Origin: Malacoraja senta
Taxonomy: Eukaryota
NCBI GenBank assembly: GCA_038087875.1
Contig: JAXLNO010000346.1
Location: 124,001-183,593, forward strand
Reading direction: 5' to 3'
DNA length: 59,593 nucleotides
Shown here piece by piece: positions 24,945 through 37,740 of this stretch (its first letter is position 1; every line of letters begins with the position of its first letter). The notes beneath the pieces were generated by a model. It saw only the letters and a list, made by a program, of their open reading frames with translations. It had not been told where the DNA came from and did no database searches. A program made the translations under genes and the position numbers.

Positions 24945-25378
24945 ACATTATTGCCATAGAGGGAGTGCAGAGAAGGTTCACCAGACTGATTCCTGGGATG
25001 TCAGGACTGTCTTATGAAGAAAGACTGGATAGACTTGGTTTATACTCTCTAGAATTTAGGAGATTGAGAGGGGATCTTATAGAAACTTACAAAATTCTTA
25101 AGGGGTTGGACAGGCTAGATGCAGGAAGATTGCTCCCGATGTTGGAGAAGTCCAGGACAAGGGGTCACAGCTTAAGGATAAGGGGGAAATCCTTTAAAAC
25201 CGAGATGAGAAGAACTTTTTTCACACAGAGAGTGGTGAATCTCTGGAACTCTCTGCCACAGAGGGTAGTCGAGGCCAGTTCATTGGCTATATTTAAGAGG
25301 GAGTTAGATGTGGCCCTTGTGGCTAAAGGGATCAGAGGGTATGGAGAGAAGGCAGGTACGGGATACTGAGTTGGATGA
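24945..25378 (+). mobile_element. Young CR1 3' fragment whose terminal tail lies, inverted, at 25748-25840
   Basis: IIAIEGVQRRFTRLIPG...GYGEKAGTGY*, nearly identical to 15924-16350. Absent from copy 2 (51530). Confidence 0.9.
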
Positions 25379-25379
25379 C

Positions 25380-26364
25380 TTTTAAAATCATTAAAATCAT
25401 TAAAATCACTTCAAGGATAAAGTGTTGAAATTCATCGATCAGTGTATGGCAGTGTTCATTGAATGCATCTGCACACACACACACACACACAGCTTCACTC
25501 ACACTCACACGTACATGTACACACAAATGCATAACACACAGGGCCGACCGACAATTCACTATCAATGCTGATCAGTGTATGGCAGTGTTCATTGGATGCA
25601 ATTACACACATGTTCACTCGCACACGTACATACGTGTACACACACATGCATAACGCACACAGGGCTGACTATACATGACATACATGCGGTCACGCACATA
25701 TGTTGGATGCATCCATACACATACACACAAGTGCACACACACACGTAACATAGAAACATAGAAACATAGAAATTAGGTGCAGGAGTAGGCCATTCGGCCC
25801 TTCGAGCCTACTCCTGCACCTAATTTCTATGTTTCTATGTTACGTGTGTGTGTGCACTTGTGTGTATGTGTATGGATGCATCCAACATATGTGCATGACC
25901 GCATGTATGTCGTGTATAGTCAGCCCTGTGTGCGTTATGCATGTGTGTGTACACGTATGTACTTGTGCGAGTGAACATGTGTGTAATTGCATCCAATGAA
26001 CACTGCCATACACTGCTCAGCATTGATAGTGAATTGTCGGTCGGCCCTGTGTGTTATGCATTTGTGTGTACATGTACGTGTGAGTGTGAGTGAAGGTGTG
26101 TGTGTGTGTGTGTGTGTGCAGATGCATTCAATGAACACTGCCATACACTGATCATCTTTGATAATGAACTGTCGGTCGGCCCTGTGTGCGTTATGTGCGT
26201 GTGTATGCATAGATGCATCCAATGAAGATTGCCAGACACCGCTTGCCATTGATAGTGAACAGTCGGTCGGCCTCTGATTGAGCTTTGAAGCTGAATTAAT
26301 TTGCGGAGTGTCGCGGTCGATGAATTTCAACACTTTATCCTTGAAGTGATTTTAATGATTTTAA
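25380..26364. repeat. Long fold-back inverted repeat centred at 25791-25805
   Basis: 25437-25790 is the reverse complement of 25806-26153 (few mismatches) around a 15-nt loop; 25380-25437 pairs with 26317-26364. Confidence 0.92.
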
Positions 26365-28210
26365 AAGTGATTTAAAGAAGGACTGAAGAAAAATAAATTA
26401 TTGACACTGTAAAAAAACTCAAGAGTAAGAAATCCACAGACTGTCATGATATTGACATGTTTACAGTTAAAAACATTATAGAATGCATAGCAAGACCTCT
26501 GACTCACATTTGTAATCAGTCCCTTCAAACCGGTATATTTCCCAACAAAATGAAAACAGCAAAAGTCATACCAATATATAAAACTGGAGACAAACATGTA
26601 CTTTCAAATTACAGACCCATTTCATTGCTTCCACAGTTCTCCAAAATACTGGAAAAAATATTTTACATAAAACTGGACGAATTTATCACCAAACATAACA
26701 TACTGTACGAACAACAATATGGTTTTAGAGCTAACAGAACAACTTCATTTGCAATTATTGAATTTATAGAAAAAATTACCAAGGCAATAGAAAATAAAGA
26801 GTATGCAGTAGGGATTTTTTAAAACTTTAAAAAAGCATTTGACACCGTAGACCACGAGTTATTAATAAAGAAACTACAAAGATATGGCATTAGAGACATC
26901 GCATTATCATGGCTATTCAGCTACCTACAGAACCGGGAACAATAATGTCGAAATACAAAACCATAAATCACAATTACTGCAGGTTACGTGTGGGGTGCCT
27001 CAGGGCTCAGTGTTAGGGCCATTATTATTCATTTTGTATATCAATAATATATGTGAAGTGTCAAAAACTCTTGAAACTATTCTCTTCGCTGATGATACTA
27101 ACTTACTCTGCTGTGGAGACAACTTGGAACAGCTCCTGGATAGTATGGAAAAGGAATTGAGCAGGATGAAGATCTGGTTTGACGAAAATAAACTCACATT
27201 GAATTTAAGTAAAACAAAATTCATAATATTTGGAAATCGATCAACCAACACAGAGAAAAAAGCTCATGATAAATGGCACAGAAATAGAAAGAGTATCTGA
27301 AATAAAATTTCTTGGAGTATTAATTGACAACAAATTAACTTGGAAATCTCACATAAATTATATTAAAGCCAAAATATCCAAATCAATTGCAATACTGAAT
27401 AAAGCCAGAGACCTACTAAATCAAGCCTCCCTGTATATGTTGTACTGCTCCCTCATACTCCCATACATGATATACTGTGTGGAGGTATGCGGAAACACAT
27501 ACAAAACAAATACACATCCAATCTTCATCCTCCAAAAAAGAGCAATACGAATTATAAATAAAACCACCTATAGACAATCAACAAAACCATTATTTATCAG
27601 ACTAAAAACATTAAAATTTCAAGATCTGACAGATTATAAAACTATCCAAATTATGTTCAAAGCAGCAAATCAGCAATTGCCTTGTAATATCCAGGGGTTG
27701 TTCCAACGGAGAGAAAGCAAACACAACCTGAGAGGAACCTATATATTCGAAAAACCGGCAATAAGAACTAATGCAAAACTCCATTGTGTTACAGCAAAGG
27801 GTGTTAGTCTCTGGAATAACTGCCATGATGAGCTGAAAAAATGTAAGACTCTATTCAAACTAAAAACACTCTTCAGAAACAAAAGATTGAATGGTTATGA
27901 GCTGGACCAGTGATTTTCTTTTCTGTTTGGTTATTTTTTGTTTGTGGACTGTTCAACAGATTTTGGATCCATTTGTTCCCATTATTTTGTTTTTCCATGA
28001 AAATGTATAGAAAATAAGAGGGGGTAGGACCAGAAACGTTTTCGAACTTCTTCTTACCCCTTTTGAACATGAACGATATTATTTGTATTATTTGAGTTAC
28101 TTATGTTTTCCTTTATGTTTTATTTTCTTTTTTATTGCTTATAAGTTTATTTGTGTTTGTATTTTTTTTTTAACATGTTCAATAATATATATTTTTTTAA
28201 TTTAATTTAA
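26358..28210 (+). mobile_element. AT-rich 5'-truncated non-LTR retrotransposon (Crack/L2-CR1-group RT), frameshifted
   Basis: NYRPISLLPQFSKILEK, QYGFR, KKAFDTVDH, GVPQGSVLGPLLF, FADDTN, KFLGVLID; 7-bp TSD tttaatg (26351-26357, 28211-28217); the empty site is at 52018. Confidence 0.88.
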
Positions 28211-30243
28211 TTTAATGGTGTTCTTCAACTGAACTGGGATCGGGTTCTGACATTCCAGGGATCATGACATCCATTCAGTAGGAATTTTAAGCAGCAAACA
28301 GGAGCCAGGATTGGATAACTGAACACAGTTCTGTCTTCTCTGCGGGAGCACTGACTGTAATCGGCTGATTCCTTGCAGGCTGGGAAAAAGACCTATGTGT
28401 TCCCTGGTCAGTCTGACTATGTACATCCTCTTGTCTTCCCTTAGGCTACTGCAGAGACACAGGGACCTGGCAATGTCCAGGAAACAAATAGGAAATGTTG
28501 GAAATACACAGTGGCTGTGAAAGATTTCTGTCAAGGGAGAAGGTGGTGGCACTTAACATGTGTTTTATACTTTCGTCAACTTGCAGCAGATTTGTTTTAA
28601 TTGGGATCAACATTTTCTAAAGTTTACTATAAAAATCGGGTCTAGTTGGATGTTGGGTCGCTTCTCAATCATGTGATGGAGCTTTCAATCCTATCCCTCT
28701 ATCCACAACTTGAGCCTATATTCGTAACCGTGAAGAATGAAAGTACTGCAGCAACTCAGCGGGTCAAGCAGCATGTGTGGAGGGAATGGACAGGAAGCAT
28801 TTTGGGTTTGTTCCCGACCAAAAACATCATCTGTCCAATCCTGCCACACATGTAGGATGACCTGCTGAGTTCCTCCAGCACTTTGTTTTTAGCTTAAGAT
28901 TCCAGCATCTGCTGTTTCATATGTTCAAGGAGCAGAATTAGGCCATCAAGTTTACTCTGCCATTCAATCATGGCTAATCTATCTTACCCTCTCAACCCCA
29001 TTCTCCTGCCTTCTCCCCATAACACCTGGCACACTTACTAATGAAGAATCTGTCAATCTCCTCCTTAAAAATACACACTGATGGCCTCCGCCGCCATCTG
29101 TGCAATGAATTCCACAGAATCACCACCCTCTGTCTAAAGAAATTCCTCCTCATCTTTTTACTGGTATGTCCTTTTATTCTGATGCTATGGCCTCTGGTCC
29201 AAGGCCCTCCCACTAGTGGAAACAACCTCTCCACATCCACTCTATCCATGCCTTTCACAATTCAAACTATTCAACACAGTTTATTGTGTCTTCTTTGAAA
29301 CCATCACTCAGTGCCACAGTTAGACTACATACAATGGAAATTCACTCTATCTGCCGTTCCTGGAACCATTGGAGCATCTCTGGGCTTTTCAGGTTGTTTA
29401 ATTATTTGGTGTCTCATTCTCTGTCCTGTGTTCCTTATCTCAGTTGGTGAAATGGTTGGACATGTATTAGATCAGCATTCGCATGTAAATATTCGGGTCA
29501 CGCCTGAGATTTGATCAGAGTTTGCACCTAGATTTAAAATTTAGATATAATTTTTATATAGCTTTCTTCAATCCCTATGACGTTTGCCCTTATAGCTGAT
29601 AAAGTCATTGTTGCTGTCAGTTTGCATGAAGTGTGTAACAATATGGTTAATAATGATGACCGATGGTCATCACATTGGATAAGAGTGAAGTGTGTTTAAT
29701 TGTCATATGCAACAGTGGTGGAACAAGTGAAATACCTGCTTGCTGCAGCTTTGCAGGCATATTAAAAGCAAGAACACGTCAAATAATAATATCATAAAAT
29801 ATGAGTTATTTGACGTCACCTGGACCATGGCTGTGCAAGGTGGTTGGATCATTGAGAGCTTGGCAGGATACGATGGTCAGTGGCGATGGTCTCTCGTCCC
29901 AGGGACTGTACCGTGTTTGGGTTCTTTTCTGGAATACAGCTCCCTTGGAAGCTTGAATACATCCCATCAAAACGGATGTATTCAAGAGAGTTAGATATAC
30001 CACTTAGGGCTAACAGAATCAAGGGATATGGGGAGTAAGCAGGAACAAGGTTATGATTCTGGATGATCAGCCATCATGATATTGAATGGCTTTTTTGGCT
30101 GCAAGGGCTGAATGGCCTACTCCTGCTACTATTTTCAATGTTTCTATATAGATAGCATGGGTTAAAGAAGAGGGGGATGGTGGGAGAAATGAGTGCATCA
30201 GGTGGTGGGGGAGGGGGGGTGAGGGGAACGGACACACACACGG

Positions 30244-30295
30244 ACAAGATGGCGTCGCGTCACGTGGTGGCCGCATTAATGACGGAGGCGGGAGT
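30244..30295. promoter_or_regulatory. Compact CpG-rich motif cluster (YY1, E-box, E2F-like)
   Basis: aagatggcg (YY1), gtcacgtgg (USF/Myc E-box) and ggcggga within ~50 bp, ~90 bp after the duplication breakpoint. Confidence 0.45.
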
Positions 30296-31869
30296 TGGAG
30301 ATTATAAACAAAGATTATCCTCTAGTATCTTTGGTTATAAATACAGAAAACAAATGGTGCAAATGGCGCATAAAGTGTAGAACCAGGGTTAGCATGAGCA
30401 TGATTTGGGGATAAAAATGGTTGACTTGGAATTGGGAAGGGTGGGAGATGAGTGGATGGAGGAGGGGAAAGGAACTGGGTGATGGGGTTGGGGGGTATTA
30501 TTGTTTTTTTTTTCATTTTGCATGTGGCATTCACTGCCAGAAAGAAATGTAAAACCAGCAAAACTGTTTGCGATTTATGCACCTAACCTGTGGTCGTCAG
30601 AGTAGATTAAAAAGAAACATGAATTTTGCCATTCACGCCACCTCCTCCAATCTTTCAGCCCTCTAGGTTTCCAGTACATCTTCATACTTTGGTCTCTTGC
30701 ATAATTCCATTAGATATTTAACATGGAAATAGGCCTTTTGGCCCAACAAGTTTACGCTGACCATCGATCACCCATTCACACTAGTTCTATGTTATCCCAC
30801 TTTCCTCCCCCATTCCCTACATATGCGGGGCAATTTTACAGACAAATTAACCTACAAAGCCAATGCGTCTTTAGGATGTGGGAGGAAACCCACACGCTTG
30901 CAGGGAGAATGTGCAAATTCAACACAGACAGTGCCCGAGGACAGGATCGCACACAGTTCTCTGGCTGTGCCACTATATCTTGATTTCCAACACGCAAAAA
31001 ATTAAACGTTGATAACTTTGGTTACTAAAAAAAATGAACTATCGATTTTCAGTGCTAAATCTCTAAGTCACACTACGTCCCCCTTAACAGCTATGTTTTA
31101 ATTCACTTCAAGACTATGGGGCAGTACATTGGCCGTAAAGTTGCTGCCTAAAAGTGCCAGAGACCCGGAATCGATCCTGAATATGGGTGCTGTCTGTATG
31201 GAGTTTGCTCCTTTTCCCTTTGATCGCATGGGTTATTTCCGGGTTTCATTGAACTTGTTTCCTTCCACATTCCAAAGGTGTGCAGGACCCTTTATCAGAC
31301 CCAACCCAAAACATAATATTTTCCTTTTGTCCAGAGATTATGTTTGACATGTTGAGTTACTCCAGCTTTTTGTGTCTATCTTCGGTGTAAACCAGCATCT
31401 GCAGTTCCTTCCTACACACACACACGATACTATACGATATAATTTTATAAATCCCAGGAGGGAAATTCTGTGTGTGGGTGGGTATATATATATATATATA
31501 TAATATATACATACACACACACACACATATATATATTTATATAGTTATATATTCATATATAAATATATGTAGATTTGTTTTCTCGTTTATAACATTGTTT
31601 ACAGAGTACTATGTTTACATATTCTGTTGTGCTGCTGCAAGTACGGCAACACTCTTGACTCTCGATTTATGTCCCTAGTATATAGGATAGAACTCGTGTA
31701 CGGGTGGTCGGTGTGGACTCGGTGGGCCGAAGGTCCTGTTTCCGCGCTGTGTTTTTTAATTAAATACAGCGCGGAATTAAACTAAAAACACTAAAACGAG
31801 AGGGAGTCTAAAAAGTCTTGACCCGAAACGTCAACCAATTCCTATCCAGAGATGCTGCCTGCTTCAGGG

Positions 31870-32300
31870 AGTGATTCGGCGCGGGTTTCAGCAATGGCGG
31901 CCAGATCTCCCACAATGCAAAGCGATGGAGAAAGTGCCCGGCGCCGACTGGTTCCCGTGGTAGTGCGCATGTGCAGGTCAGCCCAGGATGTGCAACCGTG
32001 TCAGTGCGCATGTGCAGGGTGTCCGGCCGTGCCGTGTCAGTACGCATGTGCAGGTGGTCCGGAGCGCGAGCGGGCGGGGAGCCGGCGGCCCGGACCCGGA
32101 TGGCGGGCGCTGGGGGCGGAGACGGAGAGAGAGAGAGACAGAGAGAGTGGGGCCGCTCACAGTTGAACGGTAGGTGGCGCTGGTGCTGTGAGAGCGGCGC
32201 CCGTGCGCCGGCAGCGACAATCTGGGCCCGGGCCCGGAGCGGCGACAAAGCGCCGGCACCGCGGCTGCGCGTCAGACGCTGCCAAACACGCGGGGAAACC
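31870..32300 (+). promoter_or_regulatory. CpG-island promoter and probable non-coding first exon of gene copy 2
   Basis: CpG-dense; aatggcggcc (YY1-like), ctcccacaatgca (ZNF143/Staf-like, 31907-31919), three NRF1-like sites t(g/a)cgcatgtgca (31964, 32005, 32041), gggcgggg GC box; donor acg|gtaggt at 32170. A matching acceptor ctgctctccag| is at 35390. Confidence 0.7.
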
Positions 32301-33990
32301 CATCCCTGTGCCCAGGAATACGGGATCATCCCAATCCTGCACCGCATGCACCTGACTGCAACCGCCCCCCCGTCCCTGTTCATTAACCCCGCCCACACAC
32401 GGGCAATTTTATCCCAATCCCAGGAATTTGCATCAACCTAATTCAGGGATTGATCCCGATCTACTGTCCCGCGGATTTTCATCCCAATACTGAGCATTGG
32501 AACACCCCCTACCCCAAACCCAGCGACTTATTCCCCGCATATATACTGGTATTTTTAATCCCAATCCCATGAATTTGTTTCCTGTCTAAATCAGGAATTG
32601 ATCCCGACCCCCTATCCCAATGTTGAACATTGCAAGATGTCCCTACCCCAAACCTGAGGAATTATCCCAGGAAGTATCCCATTAATAAAGACTAATTCAA
32701 TTCAATTCAACCCCACATGTGTGGTTATCATTCCAATGCCAGGAATTTCCATCCGATCTAAATCCCATCCCAGGGATTTCTCTCCGAATGCGGGGCCTTG
32801 CAAGATGCTCCCATTGCAAACATGGAGAATTACCACCCTACCTGCACAAGGGCAATTATTATCCCAATCCCAGGAATTCTCATCCACCAAAATCAGGGAT
32901 TTATTTCGATGTACCATCCTGCAGATGTCCCTCACAATGCTGAGCATTGCACGATGCCCCTACCCCCAACCCAGGGAATTGAATTATCCCCACCTGCACA
33001 CAGGCAATTATTATTCCAACGCCAGAAATATCCATCCTTTCTAAATTAGCAATTGTCCCCTATCCCAATGCTGAGCATTGCAAGATACCCCTAATCCAAC
33101 CCAGGGAATTACCCCCCACCCACACATGGGCGATTATCCCAATCCCAGGTACTTGCAGCCTACCTGAATCAAGGATTGCCCCCAACTCTGATCCACAATC
33201 TCATGATTTCCCTCCCAATGCTGAGAATTGCAAGATGTTCCCAGCCCAGACTGGGGGATTCCCCCGGCACATGGGCGATTATTCTAATGTCTGGAATTGC
33301 CATCCTCTCTAATCCAGGGATGACCTCAGATTCAACCAATGCTCCAATACAGGCAGTGCGATCTGAACCCCAGGAATTTCCATTATCTAACCCAAGGATG
33401 CCCCCACCTCAAACGCAATTATTCCGCCACCTGCACTCGGTCAATTATTATTCCAACTCCAGGAATTTTTATCCCATGGATTGTCCCTGATCCCAGTGAT
33501 TCCCACTTCCCATTGCACCAAAGGATTAGACTGCACAGTCTCTGATCCCAGTGATTGGACCCCACCCGTCCTCTGATCCCTGGGATTGGAGCCTGTTTTA
33601 TCCAAATCTCTGGGAATGGACTCCACCCTGTCTCTGATCCCAGGGATTGGAGTTTGCCCCATTGGTGATGCCAGGGATTAGACCATAGCCCATCCCTAAT
33701 TCCAGGAATTGGATCCCACCTCATCACTGATCCCAGGAGTTGGAACATGCCCCATCTCTGATCCCAGATCTCCCCAAATCTAACCCTAAATCTCAGGAAT
33801 TGTCATTTCCGGAAACCCAGGAATCGGTGCCTTGGATCTCCCCCGCAGTCCCCAATCCCTCGGATTGCAACTTGTCTCCCCCAAGCCTAATGATCGGATC
33901 TCATCTCTGATCCAGGGAATTCCCACAACCCCAGGGATTGACCTCTAACCCTTGAACCTGGGGAATTGCAATCTGCCCACAAACCCGGCT
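32300..33990. repeat. Degenerate two-part tandem repeat rich in atccc/gggatt/ggaatt
   Basis: A ~140-bp unit (ggcaattattatcccaatcccaggaatt...cccaatgctgagcattgcaagat) recurs ~7-8 times to 33480, then a ~35-40-bp unit ctctgatcccagggattgga. Confidence 0.75.
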
Positions 33991-34319
33991 AGGTCACCAG
34001 TGCATGGCAATCTTTCCAATTTCTGGGATTGCTGTCCCGTCTAAATACTGAGCCACTGTTCTCGCAAACTGAGAATTGCCGTCTCCAAATTGTCCTCCAT
34101 CTCTCAACCACAACACCATAGTAGAACTCTTCAAACCTTTCGTCTCATGCCTTCTTACTTCCTTCCCTGGCCTCTGTCTAACCATCTGCCTATCAAAAAC
34201 CGCCCTTACCTGTGTTCACCTCTTACCTTCTACTCTTTGCCCTGTTCTTCCTCCCTTCCAGATTTCTTCCCTCCTTCACTACAAACATTGTGAGGAAGGA
34301 TCCCGACCCGAAACATCAC

Positions 34320-35130
34320 CTATGTACCTATGTATTGAATGTAACATCTCCAAGTTTGCGGAAGACACAAAGCTGGGTGGCAGTGTGAGGTGCGAGGAGG
34401 ATGCTATGAGGCTGCAGGGTGACTTGTATAGGTTGGGTGAGTGGGCAGATGAATGGCAGGTGCAGTATAATGTGGATAAATGTGACATTATCCTCTTTGG
34501 GGGCAAGAACAAGAAGGTAGATTATTATCTGAATGGTGTCAGATTAGGAAAACGGGAGGTGCAACGAGACCTGGGTGTCCTTGTACATCAGTCATAGAAA
34601 GTAAGCATGCAGGTACAGCAGGCGGTGAAGAAAGCAAATGGCATGTTGGCCATCATAGCTGAAGGATTTGAGTATAGGAGCAAAGAGGTCCTACTGTTGT
34701 TGTACAGGGACCTGGTGAGACCACACCTGGAGTATTGTGTGCAGTTTTGATCACCTAATTTGAGGAAGGACATTCTTGCTTTTGAGAGGGTGCAACGTAG
34801 GTTCACCAGGTTAATTCCAGGGATGGTGGGACTGACATATGATAAAATAATGGATCGACTGTGCTTATATTCACTGGCATTGAGAAGGATAAGAGGATAG
34901 CTGCAGGAAAAATGTTCCCAATGTTGGGGAAGACCAGAAACAGGGGTCACAGTTTAAGAATGCTATGGCCATATAGGACTGAGATGAGGAAAAAACTTTT
35001 CATCCAGAGAGTTGTAAATCTGGAATTCTCTGCCACAGAAGGAAGTGGAGGCCAATTCACTGGATGTGTTCAAGAGAGTTAAATATAGTTCTTAGCACTA
35101 ATGGAATTGAGGCATATGGGAAGAAAGCAG
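34320..35130 (+). mobile_element. Degenerate CR1 3' fragment (paralog of 1811-3760)
   Basis: NISKFAEDTKLGG..QRDLGVLVHQS* with stop codons. Confidence 0.88.
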
Positions 35131-36920
35131 CTTCTCCAGAGATGCTGCCTGACCCGCTGAGTTACTCCAGCACTTTGAGTCTTTTTTTCCCGTTGAATTA
35201 CCCTCTGCTGACTCATGGTTGACTATCAACAGGAAATATCTTTCTGCCCCCGATCCTCGCAATTGCTCCCAGTCCCAAATCTGGAATTTTCCATCCCACC
35301 CCCCCTCCCCCAAGTCCTCAATCCCTGGACTCCCCCATCACAGGTGTATAATCCCCTCTGCTCCATATCTGCTCCATATCTGCTCTCCAGTCTGCCAACT
35401 CCATCTGATGCACGTGTAGCCATGACCCAGGTGGCGGGTTTCATAGTGGGCGCCGAGTTCTCGAGCTACAGTGAGCTGCACCATGCGTTCCGGTGCTACC
35501 AGAGGGACAACTCCGTGCAGATGTGGACCAGGCACTCGCGGACCATCGAGGCGCAGCGGCGACGGGCACCCAAGCGCCCGATGAACAATGCGCTGAAGTT
35601 TGCCGAGATCGACTACGCGTGCATTCACGGCGGCAAGTTATTCAAGACCAAAGGATTCGGCAAACGGCCAATCCAGAGGTGAGGAAATACTTGCAGGGGC
35701 AGCACAGGGGCACAGCTGGTAGAGCCGCTGCCTCACAACGCCAGGGATCCCGGTTCGATCCTGACCTCCGGTGTGCTCCGTGTGTGGAGTTTGCACGTCC
35801 TCTCTGTGACCAGCTGTGTTTCTTCTGTGTGCTTCAGTTTCCTCCAATATCCAAAACACGTGCGGGTTTTTTGGTTAATTGGCCCTCTGTAAATCGTCCC
35901 GAATGTGTAGGGAGTGGATGACAAAGTGGGATAACATGGAACATGGAATACCCCTGCTCCTATTTCCTACGCTCTTATTTAAAGATGTTTTTATCCTTTT
36001 AAATTTAATTATATAAGTTGAGCTGGGTAGTTAGTTTTGTTTAGAATTACAGCATGGAAACAGGCCTCTCGGCCCACCGAGTCCACACCGACCATCAATC
36101 ATCCATTCACACTAGTTCTATGTTATCCCACTTTCTCATCCACTCTCTTCACACTAGGTCCAATTTACAAAAGCAAATTAACCCACAAACTTACACGAGT
36201 TTAGAATGTAGAAGGAAACCACTTTGAAAAACCCCACGTGGTCACAGGAAGGACGTACAATCTCCGCATAGACAGCACCTGTAGTCAGAATCGAACCTGA
36301 TTCTCCGTTGCTGTGAGGCAGCAGCTCTAGTGCTGCCTCTGTCTGTCTGTCTGTCTCTTTTTTTCTGTCCCTGTTCATTTTTTCCCGTTGCACTCTGTTC
36401 ATCTTTGTCTCTGTGTGTGTCTCTCTCTCTCCCCACTCTCTCTCCCCCACCCTCTCTCTCTCCCCCACCCTCTCTCTCCCCCACCCCCTCCCTCTCCCCC
36501 CCTCTCTCCCTCTCTCCCCCTCTCTCTCCCCCTCTCCCAACACCTATATTTGCTCATGCCTACCCACACATACACTTCTTCTACTTGCGTATGGCGTGCA
36601 CAGCCTAAAGTTGTTCTATTTGATCTTATTTGATTGTGCACGCCAGGTTGATTGCATTCGCCGAAACAGGGCGGACCACGTGAAGGTTGCAATCTTCCAC
36701 CCCGCACATACACGACTCGCTGGGAATGTCTAGAGTGGTAGAGTCATCCTACACAGGAATAGGCCCTTCGGCCCAACTTGCCCACGTTCATCTAGTTGGC
36801 CCATGTACACCAGTCCCACCTGCCCGCGTTTGGCGCTTGTCCCTCAGAACCTTCCCTATCCATGTACCTTTCCAAATGTCTTTTAAATGCTATAGTACCT
36901 GCCCCATCTACCACCACTGG

Positions 36921-36956
36921 AGGTGACGTTTCGGTTTGACACCCGTCTTCAGACTG
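36921..36956 (-). ncRNA. Minimal hammerhead-ribozyme core in a Penelope-type repeat
   Basis: Minus strand cagu-CUGAAGA-cgggugucaaacc-GAAAC-GUC-accu; all core nucleotides are present. Confidence 0.6.
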
Positions 36957-37740
36957 AGAGTCAAGGGAGAGGGGAAACTAGAAGTTTCCTCTAGTTTATT
37001 AATTTCTAGATTTATCGTTCTATTAATTTCACTGTCGTCTTGCTTAGTTTCACTGTTTGCATCTACTTGTTATCATCTTCACCACGGCCAACAATGGACC
37101 ATTGTGGGCTCCACCTTTCCTTTATCATCGCTGCTGGCTTTGATTTGTTTTTTCATACCTTTCACTCATTTGTTCTTAGTACCCCTTCATCCCCTAGTTC
37201 CCTCTCCCCTGACTCTGTCTGATAAAGGGTCCCAACCCGAAATGTCACCTATTCCTTTTCTCCAGAGATGCTGCGTGACTCGCTGAGTTACTCCAGTATT
37301 TTGTGTCCATCTCCTTTGTTATGTACTATGTTATCTTACACCAATTCTGCATGAATCACATTTTTTTGCAGCTGTTGCTTCAAGTCTCCCTAGTTTGTGA
37401 AGGAGTTTATTATCAGTCAAAGGGCATTCATTCAGCACATCATCTTGTCTTCCCACTTACACTGCTCGATGGCCAATATAAATCTAATATTTCTGTTGGA
37501 TTCTGTGATGATTGTAAAAGATAGCCATACACTGCTGGTCTGAATCATCCTACCACAACTAGAGAGCAGTCCTGAACTGCCATCTTCCTCATTGGTGACC
37601 CTCGGACTATCTTTGTTATTCCCTTATCATGTATCTATACACTGTAAATGCTCAATTGTAATCATGTATAGTCTACCCACTGACTGGTTAGCATGCAACA
37701 AAAGCTTTTCACTGTACCTCGGGACCCGTGACAATAAACT

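Larger units (their letters stand above)
1410..30158 (+). repeat. Segmental duplication, copy 1
   Basis: Starts ccacaaccccagggattgacctctaaccc (= 33923) and ends tttctatatagatagcat (= 53967). Unique sequence and exons are colinear between the copies. Confidence 0.93.
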
